The translations under genes were made by a program, and so were the position numbers. The notes below the pieces were generated by a model. The model saw nothing but the letters and a program-made list of their open reading frames with translations. It did no database searches and had not been told where the DNA came from. Positions 11,937-25,132 of a stretch of DNA of 64,000 nucleotides are shown here, one piece after another. Numbering within the stretch: position 1 is the stretch's first letter; every line of letters starts with the position of its first letter. Source of the DNA: Plasmodiophora brassicae (Eukaryota); contig CP145425.1 in assembly GCA_036867785.1 (NCBI GenBank), forward strand, positions 248,001 through 312,000. Reading direction: 5' to 3'.

Positions 11937-12931
11937 ATGAGCGGCAATGCGGTCGCGTTCGCCATCAACCCGGAGCACCCGTTCAGGTCGGCGCGCGATC
12001 TGTCGCACCCCGTCCGATGCTGACGGTGCCCGCCGCCTGCCCAGGGATATGCAGTACCGGGGGCCGGGGCGCCCGGCGTCGAAGAAGGACCACGCCAGGG
12101 AGAACCGGCACCTGATCAAGGAGCTCCAGCAGCGCGCCAAGGCGAAGCAGGCCGACGCCGTCGCCAAGGCCGCCGTCCCCGTGTTCCGCATGAAACGCTT
12201 CCAGGACGTCGAGTCGAAACTGTCGCAGACGCTGCGACCACCCGCCCCCGGGAGGCATCACGCCGATTTCCTACGTAAGGGGGCCGGCGTCGCCAGGCTC
12301 GTCGCCTCGGACGCCACCGCGAGACCGAAATCGTCGCCGCGGGCGGACGAGTCGCTTGCGGAGCAGGTCGTACGCGCGCGTTTCCTTCGTTCAACCGGTT
12401 TCTGACGTTCGCTCGCAGCTGAAGTCGCTATCCGTTGGCGAGACGCTACCGAAACGGAAGCCCAAGAACTTCATCAAGATGAACTTGAAGGCGGCGATCG
12501 AGGCGCAGCCGCCGGCGGCGCCGAAGGAGGAGCCGACGTCGATCACCCAGTCGGTCGGGTTCGGGCGTGTGCCGCTGTACATCCACAAGCGCAAGCTGGA
12601 GCTGGCGAAGAAGGACGAGGATAAGCGCCTGGCGCAGGAGAAGGAGAGCCTGCCGCCGGGGATGACGCTGATGTCGGAGGAGGAGCGGCAGCGTACCGTC
12701 GAGCTCCTCCTGCAGAACCAGAAGAAGCTGATCGGGCAGCTGGCCAAGATGCCGCTGACCATTGAAACGCCATCGCTGGTTGAAAAGTAACATTCGCCCG
12801 CGTCGATTGCCGCGTCTGTTTCTTGCTCAAACGCGGTTCGCGTCAGGCACAACGCCATCAATGCGAAGATCGCCGAAGTGGAGGCGGCGCTGAAACTGTT
12901 CACAAGAAAGAAAGTGTACATCACGGCATGA
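11937..12931 (+). CDS. ENKD1: Enkurin domain-containing protein
   Basis: Motifs KDHARENRHLIKELQ, KNFIKMN, FGRVPLYIHKRK, LPPGMTLMSEEERQRTVELL, IAEVEAALKLFTRKKVYI; three short introns. Confidence 0.85.
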
Positions 12932-13000
12932 ACACGACGTCTACCGTATCGGAGCAGAGCGGCGGCGACGATACGTACACTTGCAATTATTTTAAACAGT

Positions 13001-13913
13001 CTATAAGAAGGACCAGCTCTCCTGGAGGTTGGAGTTCATCAGCAGGACTGCGGGTGATGATTAGGAACGAACACCAGACGATTCACCGACAGACGCGCGC
13101 GTACTCTTCTGAACCAGCAATGCTGATCGGTTGATCTCAGCGTCGGTCTTGCGGGCGTCGACCGCCGGCTTGCAGGCGACGACCAGCGTCGCCCGTCCGA
13201 TGGGCAGGACGACGATCCGGACACTCTGACTATGCAGCGACATGTACATTGGGAGATCGCGTTGCCAGCTCACTGCAGGAACCCGTCAGGCACGTGCCTC
13301 GCAGCGCGCGAACGCGTCCCGCTTACTGATGTCGCTCGCGATGCCAAAGAGAGCCTCCAGATTGGCGACGACGCCGACCTTGTCGACATCCTGCGTAGCA
13401 CACAGCATGGTGTCCCCGGACACGAGCAGCGCCGTCTGGACGCCCCGCACGCCGGTCAGCGCATCCAGCGCTGGACGAATGGCGCTTCTAATCGCGTCCG
13501 ATATCTTATGGTTGAACCCGCTGAAATCCTTCAAGTTCGCGCTGATCTGCACGAGCTGCGACGAGTACTGCTGGACGAACGCCTGCAGGATCTCCAGCGC
13601 CAGTAACCGTCCGAACGCGGGTCCCTACTTGAAACCGCGGTTCAGGAATGACACACCGACCGTTATCGCGTATTACATCTTCCTTGTCGTAGAACAGGGA
13701 GCACGACACCTTGCACTTGGAGTCGGACTGTATGGCGACGGCGACGTTGTCGAACTCGATGAGCGACACCGGGTACCCGGTCCGGATCACGGACGCCTTC
13801 AGCATCGCCGTGATCAGCCCGCCCAGCAGCCGCGGCTGCGACAGCGCACTCGTGAAGTCCTTCGCGAACAGCACGATCCCGCTCGACGACACGATCAGCA
13901 GGTTCCGCAGCAT
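13001..13913 (-). CDS. Uncharacterised protein: longin-like N-terminal domain + roadblock-like C-terminal half
   Basis: MLRNLLIVSSSGIVLFAKDF..PRLLGGLITAM..VSLIEFDNV has longin-type beta-beta-alpha patterning. ALDALTGVRGVQTALLVSGD resembles a roadblock N-terminus. Multi-exon. Confidence 0.65.
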
Positions 13914-14150
13914 GGCCGCTCGGTGAACCTCGGCCGCCGGCCTCCCCAACTCCGTGACGCGCTGCCGCCCCACAGCAGGACTAAGTGCCGAAGGGGGCCC
14001 TGAGTCCTGACCTGCCGCGCGGACCGCCAGTGGGACCTTGCAGTTGCAGGCTGCAGCTCGCACTGGGCAGCAGAGCATACAGTGGCCACGGGGGCACGCA
14101 GCTCAGCGCAGGCCGAGACTGCAGTCGCGCAGTTCGATCAGGCGCGGTGG

Positions 14151-15519
14151 TCACGTCGGAGGGTGTATTGATGATGACGACTGCCGATGGCTACTGATCC
14201 ACGGGTGCGCCATCATCTGTTCGGCGGTGATGCGTGTGACCGGGTCCCGGTCCAGCATGCGCATGAGGAGGTCTTTCAGCTCCGGGGACAGGCGTCCATG
14301 AGGGGACGCGGCGGACACGGACACCAGGGCGGGGTCGGCGCCGTCCTGCGCGATCGACGCGTAGTTGTCGATGATGGAGCGGCCTCGGAACGGCATCGTC
14401 CCGTGTACCATCCGGTACAGGGTGATGCCGACCGCCCAGATGTCGATGCCGCGCCGGTCCCAGGTCCCGTTGGGGTCGCTGATGAGCTCCGGGGACGCAA
14501 ACGCGGGCGTGCCGCTGAACCGGCGACTGCGTCGCGACTTTGACGGCGACAGCGTCGCAGGCGACCCCGACGCCAGCGAATCGCTTGGACGATGGCAGAA
14601 CTGCGCCACGCCAAAGTCGGCGATCTTGATGTGGTTGTCACCGGTCAGCAGCAGGTTATCTGCACAGCGGGGGCGGGCGGATCAGGGCGCGCCTCCAGCG
14701 GTGGGTGGGTGCACAACGCGCGCCCGTTTACCTGGCTTCAGGTCGCGGTGCACGATCCGGCGCGAATGAACTGCTCATGGGCGAATCAGGTGCACATGGC
14801 GTCGTGATCAGGCGCTGCAGCGTACTGTAGTTGACGCCTTCGACGACGTCGAGCATGATGGAGCGGATCTCGTCCTCGGACATCTGGCCCGCCTTGCGGC
14901 TGTCCAGGACGACGTCCAGGGCGCCATGCGGCAGGTACTCGAGGACTGTGGGCGTGTCGTCAGCGGCTCCGACGGCTGACACGGGTGGGAGGGCGGGTGG
15001 ACCTAAGTAGAGCCAGTCGCTGACCGGGTCGTCGATGACCTCGTAGAGCGTCACGATGTTCGGGTGTCGGCCCAGTTTGCCCATGGTGACCACCTCGCGA
15101 ACGGTCTTGTAGACGTCGGGGGCGCCCGGCTGCGACCCGGTCAGCTGCTGCTTGCTGACCATCTTCAAGGCCTAAACGGGCGCCAAGCGCATCAGCAACG
15201 TGCTCGCAACCTGCACCCCGGCGCCTCTAACGTATAGCCTGTCGTCGTCTAGGTTCTTGGCGCATACGACAGTGCCCGTCGACCCCTCCCCAATCTGCTT
15301 GATGACCTGGTACTGGTTGACGAGGTTCTTGTCCTCGGAGACGACCAGCGTCTTGGTGACGGTCACATGGCCGATGCGTTCGTGCGACCGCGACGCCGTT
15401 AGTTTCGGGGACGGCAACGGTGACGGCGCCGGCGACGGCACAGGCGATGGGCCTAAACGCGACCGGCGTTTCGGCGTCGCCGGCCAGAAGCAGCACAGCC
15501 AACGACATCTATGCAGCAT
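14151..15519 (-). CDS. Ser/Thr kinase, CaMKK/GRIK (SnRK1/AMPK-activating kinase)-like
   Basis: VNQYQVIKQIGEGSTGTV, ALK, HPNIVTLYEVIDDP, IVHRDLKPDNLL, KIADFG, GTPAFASPEL, DIWAVGITLY. Confidence 0.9.
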
Positions 15520-15660
15520 TGCCCAACTGGCATGGATATTGCCCTACTGGAGACCGTACTCGAGCCGACCCCCCTTGTGGGCCACTGATGCGGCTTAACC
15601 TACGTTACGGTCTCGGGTCTGTATAACAGTTCACAACAAGGTCGAGGTCGGGGGGTGCCG

Positions 15661-16520
15661 TCAAGCCGCGTACGCCTCCGTTTCCTCGAGGTTCCCGTTC
15701 GCGTGATCCCCGGATACACTGGCGGCGGCCGCCGCCAACATGGTCTGATGATGGATGCCTGGTATTGCCTTGGCGGGGACAACGAACGCTCTGCTGGTCG
15801 GCGCGTGCATCGGCGTGCCGCTCGGGAACGACGACGCGGGCTCGTAGTCCTCCAGGCTGAAATGCTGATCCTCGTCGTACACCACAGACGGTACCGCCAC
15901 CGTCGCTGAACGACAACGGTTAGCGCTGGCGGTCAGACGTATCGACGTAAACAGACACACTCGTACGGGCGTGCCATGCGCCTGTTGAAGCAGGGTTGAC
16001 CGGGAACGGTTCCGCAATTGCAACGGTGACGCCGTCCGGCTCCATCTTCATCGGCACGGTTTCATTCGCTTTCCTCAGGAGCTGATGGCGCAGCGATGGC
16101 ATTCAGATGGCGTTGGCGCGATGGACGCTGTGCGCTCACCTCATTCGTGTGCACCTCTGTGGGCCGCCCAGCATCGCAGTGCTCTTTGAAGGTGCCCAGA
16201 AGCTGTCCCAGATCGGACGACGCCTAACGCAATGGTCGTCAACGGCCTGGGTTTGCCGGGTGATACATCATCGCAGGCGCGTACGTATTGGCACATCTTG
16301 CCGTCCTTATGGATGAGAAGGCCAACGTCACAGTCGCACAGCACGGCGAGCCTGACAGGCAACGTTAAGCCCTGCACGCGGCGCGACAGGTTGGGGGGGG
16401 GGGGGCGGTGCCGACGTACTCGCTGGCCTTCTTAATGAGGCCGAGTTTCCGTTTGTTGAACGTGACGCTGCGCTTGCGGTCATTGTCGATGCGGCAGATC
16501 TCGATCTTTCGCCGCCCCAT
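15661..16520 (-). CDS. MEF2: MADS-box transcription factor, MEF2 type
   Basis: MGRRKIEICRIDNDRKRSVTFNKRKLGLIKKASE|LAVLCDCDVGLLI..GKMCQY; several short introns. Confidence 0.9.
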
Positions 16521-16996
16521 CATGCGGCGGCACCGGGCAGCGTCGTCGTGGTCGTCGTCCGGGCCCCCGAGGCGGCGACGCCACACACCCACCACTTACA
16601 ACCCGACCCCGTCCGAGTCGCGCGCGTCCAAAAATACGACCGCCCCCCGTGGCGCCCCCACACTCGCGCCACTGGCCCTGTCCGTGTCCGCCCGGGCCCC
16701 GGCGCGCGCCATCTGACCGGGCCCGCCCGCCCACCTGGCACCTGGTGCGGCAAAATGCGCGGGACAGCGACCGGCCGGGACGGAGGGGCGCACAGGTTAA
16801 CGATGTGTGCACCTACGTAGTCTACCTACGGCCGCATTCTCGAACCATGGATCATTAGATAACCAGTAGGTGTAGGGTGTGTTTGCTAGCGGATGAACTT
16901 GGGCCGCTTCCGCACCTGGGTGCCATGTTGACTGGGCGACGATGACGCGGCGGGCCGCTCGACAGGCATCGGGAACGACGGTGGTGCCTGTGCGTT

Positions 16997-19900
16997 TCAC
17001 ATGTTAGTGGTCGGCGTCAGGTGTCGATGGCCGTTGTTGCTTACTGGAGCGGGCGGTCCGGTGTGGCCGGGAGCGGAGCCATGTTGGTCCGATGGCGCTC
17101 GCAGCGTTGGGTTTGTCCATGGTGGTGGCTTGAGACCCGCTTCCGTTCCAATGGTCGACTCCGTTTTCAAGGAATGACTTGGAACCGTGAAAGAGGCAGC
17201 CGCAGCAGCAGGCGGCCATGCTTGGCGCATTACGATAGGCGGTGCGTTCTCTTTCTGCTCCTGGGAAAGTCTTGACATTGGGAGAGGTGCAGCAGCAGGT
17301 GGCGATGGTGAGCGCCTCACGAGAGGCGTCATGTCCTCCCTCTGCTCCTGGGGCGGCCGCTGGCCACGTACAGCGAGCTCGACGCCAATAAGGAGAGCGT
17401 GCGTCCCACTTGTGACATACTGTTCGAGCAATTCGTGTGTGCTGGCGAGCAGCACCTCAACGCCGATATCGCTACTGCAATGCCGGCAGGACACGGGAAA
17501 CCCACCAAGGCAGTGCGACTTGATGAACACGCACCCATCTTCGTCAGTCTGCGAACAGCCCAATCAGCATGCTGCCCTGGCAATCATACGCAGGTTGCAT
17601 TACCAGGCATTGCTCTCGAATCTCTGAGGAAGCGACGTCGTAGACCGAACAATACGGGATCGCGTCTGATTGCCGTCCCATGGGCGCCGCCTTCCGGCGT
17701 AAGGACGACGCGATGTCGCACATCATGGCTGAAACGTCGACGCCAGCCCCGTTGTCGAGCTTGGTATACGGTACACCCTCGCGAATGATGACCGCCTTGC
17801 AATGGATACACAGCAGAGCGCGATGCTGGTTCGTCACCAAGGAATCCGCAGATGGCGAATTCTTGAACCGGCTGGGTATGGCGCTGGATGCACAGGCAGT
17901 GCCTCGATCAGCGCCCTCGTGTCTAGGCTTGTCGTTGCTCCTCAGCGCGCAATATCGAAGTTGTTGCTGACTTCCGTGTCCAGGGGGTGGAGTTAAGCGG
18001 GGTGTCTTCGACGAAGAACCCACTCCAGCGGCTGGAGATGCCGAGTTCGCGAAGAAGTCGCTAGACGTCTCAACGGAAGGCCTTGCACGAGGCCCATCAT
18101 CGCGCTCGGGTTGCTCAGTGTTCCCCAAGGCGGGCACCTGGGGGAGCCGTTGACTGCCGACACTCGCCGGTGTACCTGAACTCGCAACGACGTGCGAACT
18201 CTTTGAAGCGAATCCGGCAGCAGGAGCGACGGTGCTGAAGGTCGATGCTGGGTGACTTCCATGACGCTTATCGATGCGTCCGCTCCCGTACATGGCATGG
18301 TCCCTCACAGCACATTGTTGGCCAGGCTGGCTGTTGCCACTACCAGACGGTGGAGTCGAGCAGTCTGCCTCGTCAGCGACAGCTGATTGCGAAGATGAAA
18401 CCAAGGTTGGGTCGTCCAGGTCCATGGAGCGAGCACCAGTATGGGCACCGTTAACGCTAGGCGCGACTTGCGATGGCTCCACAGCAGACGCGACAGCATC
18501 TGAACAGTAAGCCTTCGACGCCAGGAACGCCATCACGTCATCCGCCGTCGTACAGACTGGATCGGCTCGTGGTGGATCAGATGAGGTAGAAGCCTTTGGC
18601 GCAGAACGGGAAGTTGCCGTCTGAGGTTGGGCCTCAGGCGCAGCACGACCAGTTGTCGTCTGACGTTGTTGGTTGCCGGGCGGATTCTTCCGGACGACTT
18701 TTACGTTGCTGCCTGCTGTAACAAGCATGCGATCCAACGGCCCGATAGCAATCTAGCCATACTGTTAGGTTCAGCCAGCGTGTGCACAATGTCGGGTACG
18801 CCTACCCCAGGCAAGGAGCCAGGAGGCCGTTTTGATTTCGTTCCTTTCGCTGAGGATGCAGTCGATGTGGGTGGAAACCGGTCTGCGTTTACCATAAGTG
18901 TGTGAGACACGGACACTCTAAGGGAACATACCTTTCATTATCGTGAAGAAGTCGCGGATCCCCGACTCCGCTTGGGCAAGCTGTTTAAAAGTAACGACAT
19001 GTTGGCGCACCTATCAATCATGGCATTAGAGCTTTAAACAAGCCGTGAAACGTTTGATGTACAATACCCATTTCGAAAGGCTCCGCTTAACATCTGGCCG
19101 TTGATACCGGGCATCGACAAGGATCACTGCCCCATAATCCAGCCGATGCCGGATAACGCGGCCGATAGACTGGTTCAACCTGCGATGAAACGTTATCACC
19201 TACCAGCACACAGGGTAGCGACGTCGCTTACGCGCGGTACGCCTGTTGACAATACCTGAAGGTATAAGGTCAGCACAAGTAAGCACTGTGCTACACTAAG
19301 TATTACCATTCTCGTCCAGATGGAACTGTCTCCTGTGCCCCATTCGGGTTTCTCTTCGCTTCGTCTGTATTGTGCTCCTTTTTCAATTTGACTTGGAGAC
19401 TCGTTGCATTCGGAAACGGAATGCCTGCTATGTAATGAGCAAGCAACATCTAATCATTGAGCGGCGCATATAACCAACCTATACACACAACGGCACGCGC
19501 ATCGTTGTCGGCAAAGTCAATCCCTTCACTAAGCTTGCCTCGGTAGACAGCAAAGAACATTGCGCCCGCGTCTTTCGTACTGCCAAACGATGATCAATGC
19601 AGGTTGCGACGATCAAAAGGGGGTACATACCATTTCTTGCGATATTCCTTGATGCTGGAATCGAAGCCGGCTCCGCTGCGCCGGTCTTCAAGAAAAACTG
19701 GCTTCTCGTGTCAGATCAACAGGCCGGTAAGTATGCAATAAATGACGATACCCACTCTTCTTCCGCTTGTTAATCTTCGAGAAGACCCTGGTGTTCTTCC
19801 AACGCCTGACAAGGGTCTCCATTAAGGTGTACCTGAGTAAAGCGTTACGTTATAAACTAGAATTCTGATCAGGCGACGCAAACCGTACGATGGGAAGAAG

Positions 19901-22080
19901 ACGAGGACCCCAGATGGAATGATGCAAGCAAGGCACAGCAGCGTCTCGGCAAGCTACCATATTCGTCAGCAGTCGTCCAAACACTGAAACGAAACCAACA
20001 AGGACCAACATTGTCCTGGAAATCAAGTGAATGCACATTCTGGAAGGTGGCTTCCGTGTGTTGATTGTTCGCCAGAGGCACCACGCCGACCAAGATCTGA
20101 TCTGGACTTATTACGTGAGGAGCCTCAACTCTCTTGAACTCGAGTCAGGAGGCGAATACTCCCCACGTAACGGTAAGTACGTACCTGTTCAAACGACGTG
20201 CCAAGTTCTGCAGCAAACGTCCCCAAAGGAAATAGGGTGCCTGCTGACGTTTTAAAGGCTTCAGGAAACGCATGTCATTATGGAACGCACCTGATGCGAC
20301 GATTATTGTTGATGCTGCGCTGGACAGTTGTTGCATTGCTAAAGCCGGCGATAAGCACCATATTGAAAACTAACGATCAAATGGGACATTAGCTGGACAT
20401 AAAGTGAAGACGCACGACTCGTAAACGTCTTCACCTCGTACTCCCAGGCGTCACCGGTTGCAGACTGCCGAGTGACGACCAGTCTGAAATGTCTGGCATT
20501 GTCGTCTTCCGCATACATAAGCTCCAGGCATGAACAAACCCCATCGCAGAGGCGCAGAGCGAGCAGAACGCGCCCACGTTCATCACCGCTTTGTGAATAG
20601 ACTAAAGATCAAGTGTTAACGTGTCAGTATATGATGAAAAACAATGTTACGGGTACCTTGGTGACTTTGTCGTTCACCTTCAAGGTTTCCTGCCTCTTCC
20701 CCGACGTCTCGGTAGCGCTCGCCAATTTGCTGATACAGGGAGTAGCATTTAGAAGCCGCAACGGTATACGCTGCCACATAGCCCGACATTAATCGCCTTG
20801 CGCATAGCTGGTACTACATCAGGCCCAAGCGCATGCGTTTGCAGCAGGGAGAGCATGTCAGCCTTATCTCTATAAAAGGAGTCTTGCTGGAACGCATCAG
20901 CTTTCATTTGGCCTGAGTAGCCACAACATGAGCAGCAAGCAGGCCATGTGCAATACTGCATCGGTACCTGACGCATGCTCAATCAAACGATTTAGCCCGT
21001 CAATAGCACTTGTAAGAGGATCGCCATCCTCGACGCAGGAAAGCCCGTCCAGGATAACTTGGACCTGGTTCCGAGAAACGGTACAACTTGACGCCTCACG
21101 GGCGACATTCTCAATGTTGTGGGCCTATAAAGCCACATGAGTTCACGAGACGCTTTGAAACCCATCGTTAAGGACGAGCAGACCTCGTCAAAGATGAGGA
21201 CCGAACCCTTAAGGCTTAGCCCGAGGCTCCTTCGGATAGGCGGGTCGATGACGTAATTGTACGGGCAGAGCACCAGTTTGGCAGAATTCGGCGTTCGCAG
21301 CATAGACCGTGCTGTAAAGTACGGGCATGCATTGATCTTTTCCCCCGCTTTGCATAGATCCTCAATGTCATAGACCCCGTTGCCGCGTTCGATCGCCGCC
21401 CTTAGACGATACTGGTTGTTGAACGCGTCGCACTGCTTGTTATTCAAGAGATTAGTACAGTTCTCGTCAGCGGATACCCTACGATGGGCAACATTCAGGC
21501 CGCCGGTCACATTGCGCATGGCGATACGACCGAACCCAGATGTCTTGTTGATGCACAGTTGTTCGCGTGAACCAAGGATCGTCATCGGCTTCGGTCTGTA
21601 GACGGTTCGATTGAGCTCTTTGACGACCTGTGTTAATTGCGAATGCGTTCGCGACATCTGCCACGACAAGCTGTCATTGCCCTTGCCAACGATGCGACCG
21701 TAAGGGCTCCCGACATAGTATACAGTAGGAATCTTGACCGATTGCGGGTCAGTTTCAAGGGCAGCGCGATCCTCGAGAGCCTTCTGATAGGCAAGGACGC
21801 TGCAGAGCAAAGCCAGCGATTTCCCTGGTCGTCCAGATTACACCGCAGCATAATGACCCCCTATCAGGGGCAGTACCTGTTCCAGTCGGGGATTCCACGA
21901 GCGCATTCTATGAACAGCAGTAAGCGACTGAGCGCGCGCACGAGACGCCGGCGCGGCGCAGACCTGTCCCTTCTGCAACGCGGACAGGACTTTGGACGCA
22001 ACCATCATCTGGGCCGGGTATGGCGTTTCGAAAGGGAAGCAGACCTCGATGCCGTTGACCTTGCGGGCGCACGACGACAT
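16997..22080 (-). CDS. BRIP1: XPD/DinG-family Fe-S DNA helicase, FANCJ-like
   Basis: [80 protein letters not shown]. Long low-complexity C-tail with a CxxC..CxxC module. Many introns. Confidence 0.8.
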
Positions 22081-22370
22081 GGGTGCCAGCCCCTGGACGA
22101 GATGTCACAGTGTGTCACGGGGTTTCCTGCCGCGACGGCTCAGTGGTCACTGCTGACCAGTGGCCACTCTGCTGACCCATTCCCAACCCGACGACGCCAT
22201 GCAGGCCCACTGCAGAACGAACAGCAACCATCCACAAGCACACAGGGAACACGGCAATGCAGTACGCGCAACACAACGCAAGATAACGAAGTGTAAGACG
22301 GCGCATTGGAGTAGATCGAGTATAAGCATAGAGCCAGGTGGGAGGAGCGCCATTTCATGGCATGCCCTCA

Positions 22371-24838
22371 TCATGGGTTGTTGGTGGCAGGCGCTCCCTG
22401 GCGTCTGACTTGGGCGACAGGTTTAGGTGCGTTTGCTTGTTCCGCAGGACTGTCCGCTTTCGGACGCCAGCGATGACGATTTCGCTTTCGAGCGTCTGCT
22501 GGAGCAGTAGGAGCAGCTGCAGGCACCTTATCGGACGCGTCCGGCAACGGGCTCGCGAGAGCGACCAACGTCTCCATGCCATCGTTAGGTGGCGCCGTGG
22601 TCATGGCTCCATTAGCCGAAGGTGGTTGGGCGCGTGCAGGTTTGGGTCTTTTCTTTCGCATTACGGCATTCACAGGGCCACGAGAAGCAACCGCCTCCTC
22701 AGACGTGTCGTCTTCTTTCTGATCGGTCGATGACGGATTCTCTGACTTCTCGCCGTGTCGTGTCTTAGAGCGGCCTTTCGGGGTCGCCAGCTCCTTGTTC
22801 GCCGCGTCCTTGCGCTTCGACGGCGGCGGTTTCGGCTGACGCCTCTTGACCGGTTCAACGACTTTTTCCCATGGCTGGCAAGTACTAAGCAGGTCGTACG
22901 CGCGTCGGAACTCGTCTTCAATCCGTACTGCTATTTCCTACGTAAGATGTTGTGAGCACCCAGTCCGGAAACGGGACTTCCGGGAGCGTACCATAGAAAC
23001 GTTACGCCCAACGTTATCTCGTTTGTCGAACGGGTCAATGATACAGTAGTTGAAGTGCTGAAAGTCGTGGAACATTGCGATGCGGTCTTCCGCTGCCTCA
23101 GGCAGTGTACGCGCTTCGCCAGTGCTGATACAGATTGCTTGGCGAGTCGGGCTGCACTCGATGCTGTAAAACTTGAAGAACGAGTACAACAGCCCACCTA
23201 TGCAACGTAGAAGTGTTTAAACCAAGCGCCAACGTACTCAGAACAAACATACCAATCGAATCAGTGTTGTCAGTACGCCAGGACGTGAATGGGCTAGAAA
23301 GGAAAGGGTTCGGACTGTTTTTCGTTGCCTGGGCAACCTCATCACTGGACGCCATGGCCTGTGCGTTGGGGATAACCGGCGGGCTGCAATGCTGCAAGAA
23401 GTACAGCACGAGAAGGGTGTACCCGAAAGAGTTTAACGAGCCCTTCGATGCATCTCCGATGAACCGGGCTTTGCTCCAGAACTGATGTACCACAGACCCC
23501 GTTAGCAACCTGTGGTTGATGTTGCAGTACATGAGCGACCTTGACTGCTGCGATGAGCTGTGGAACGCGAGGGTCCTTTTCCGCATAGGCTCGCAGCAGC
23601 CACGTTTTCGAACGTTGCGAGTCGGAATCATTCTTCAATGTGAAATCACACTCGAGCTGAAGTTGCCGATGTTGGAACTTCACAACCGGGACCCGGGCTG
23701 AACGGACGTGCAGCGATGAGTTGCAATCGAGGGCAGGGACAAGAGACGTACCGCCCGAGATCAGGCGCGTTATCCCCAGTCGGCGCTTCTTGAGGACTTT
23801 ATACCATGCTCTATTGAAAGGATCAGCCGTTCGGAATCATTCTTAACCAGCGAACAATATTCATACCTGAGGACGGCTTCAGGGTTGGTGACGTCGCCGA
23901 TCAAGGCAATATCGAGATCGGATCTATCCGACGACAAATTGCATGGAACGGACCCGAATAGCTCCAGATGGAGACCGAATTCACGTCCTTCGGCCTCGCG
24001 AAGCGCCTTCCGAGTGAAGCCATCGGCAAGAATACGCGTCAGCAGTGTGATGACCTGTTGAAAAGACCACGTCAGTGGACGAAGAGCGCCGGATGGTGGG
24101 CGCTTCCCACTTCTGAGCGTTTGTCGATCGTCTCCTGTTTCGGTCGCACTGTCGCATACCACGAGTCGACCGACACGCTTACGGCAGGCAGAGCCGCAAC
24201 AACAGACTCTCTGGAACAATGAACAACAGCGGGGCGCTTCGACCGAAACCATCGACATCAGATGCGCAGCTGAATATACCAAACGACCGTACCTTCTTTC
24301 GTGACTCGAGCACACGGTTCCGTCGTTCCATCTGCGACACGAGTCAGCTACGTACGTCAGCGCTTGCAAACGAGGGCGGCATGCATTGCCTTCAGAGCCG
24401 CGTCGTCCTTCGCTATCCGAAGGCGAACGACCAAGTCGCCGAGCTCGCGTTTGTCGTTTGCCAGGGCGCGTTCCACCGAGGCCGGGTCGCTGAACGTGAC
24501 AATGGCGAACGCCCGATCCTTCTTCCGCAGCAGCCTGCCTTGTCTGATGTCCACGCCGACGATCCGATCGGCGACGTCGACAAACAGCGACCGGACCGTC
24601 GTCTCGTCGGCAGTCGCAGGGAGCGGCCGAACAAACACGGCGTTCACCTACAAACGACGGTCACTGCACTACCTGGGTGGGTTGGAACCGACGTACCTAC
24701 CTGCGTCCCGCTGGCCGCTGCCGACGTCGGATGCTCACCGTCCGCCTCGACCTCAACAGACAGCGGATGCGGACGCGCCACCCGCTGATCGCCGTCGCCG
24801 ACGCCCAGGACGGCGACGCCGTTCACGAGAGCGTCCAT
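22371..24838 (-). CDS. RRM + Cid1/TUT-family terminal nucleotidyltransferase (copy 1)
   Basis: RRM AVFVRPLP..RAFAIVTF. Catalytic LFGSVPCNLSSDRSDLDI and ECDFT. GSLNSFGYTLLVLYFLQHCSPPVIPN. PAP-associated motif CIIDPFDKRDNVGRNVS. Confidence 0.9.
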
Positions 24839-25132
24839 CAAAGATGCCGTGGGACCACCACGGCCCGGAGGACGGGTTCGTCGCGCTCAACGGGGCCGCT
24901 CGCGAATTTCTGCCACGGTCCGGCCAGAGAGAGCAGAAAACGCGATCGGACCCGCGAGCAACCAACCGGGTTCTCGCCCGGGAGACCGGAACCGGGTCCG
25001 GCGGCATGGCCACGCCCGTCAATGTGGCCGGTAACAGCGCGGTGTCATCCCCGAAGCCGCCGTGTTTCTGGGGTGGACAGCGACGAATACGAACCATATG
25101 TATGATGAGGCTACCAGTAGTCATCGTACTGT

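Noticed and set aside
11279-11968. 229-aa minus-strand ORF with a presequence-like start
   Set aside because: It is antisense to the better-supported Gemin7 and ENKD1 exons.
16393-16406. Poly-G run
   Set aside because: Simple homopolymer inside a MADS-gene intron.
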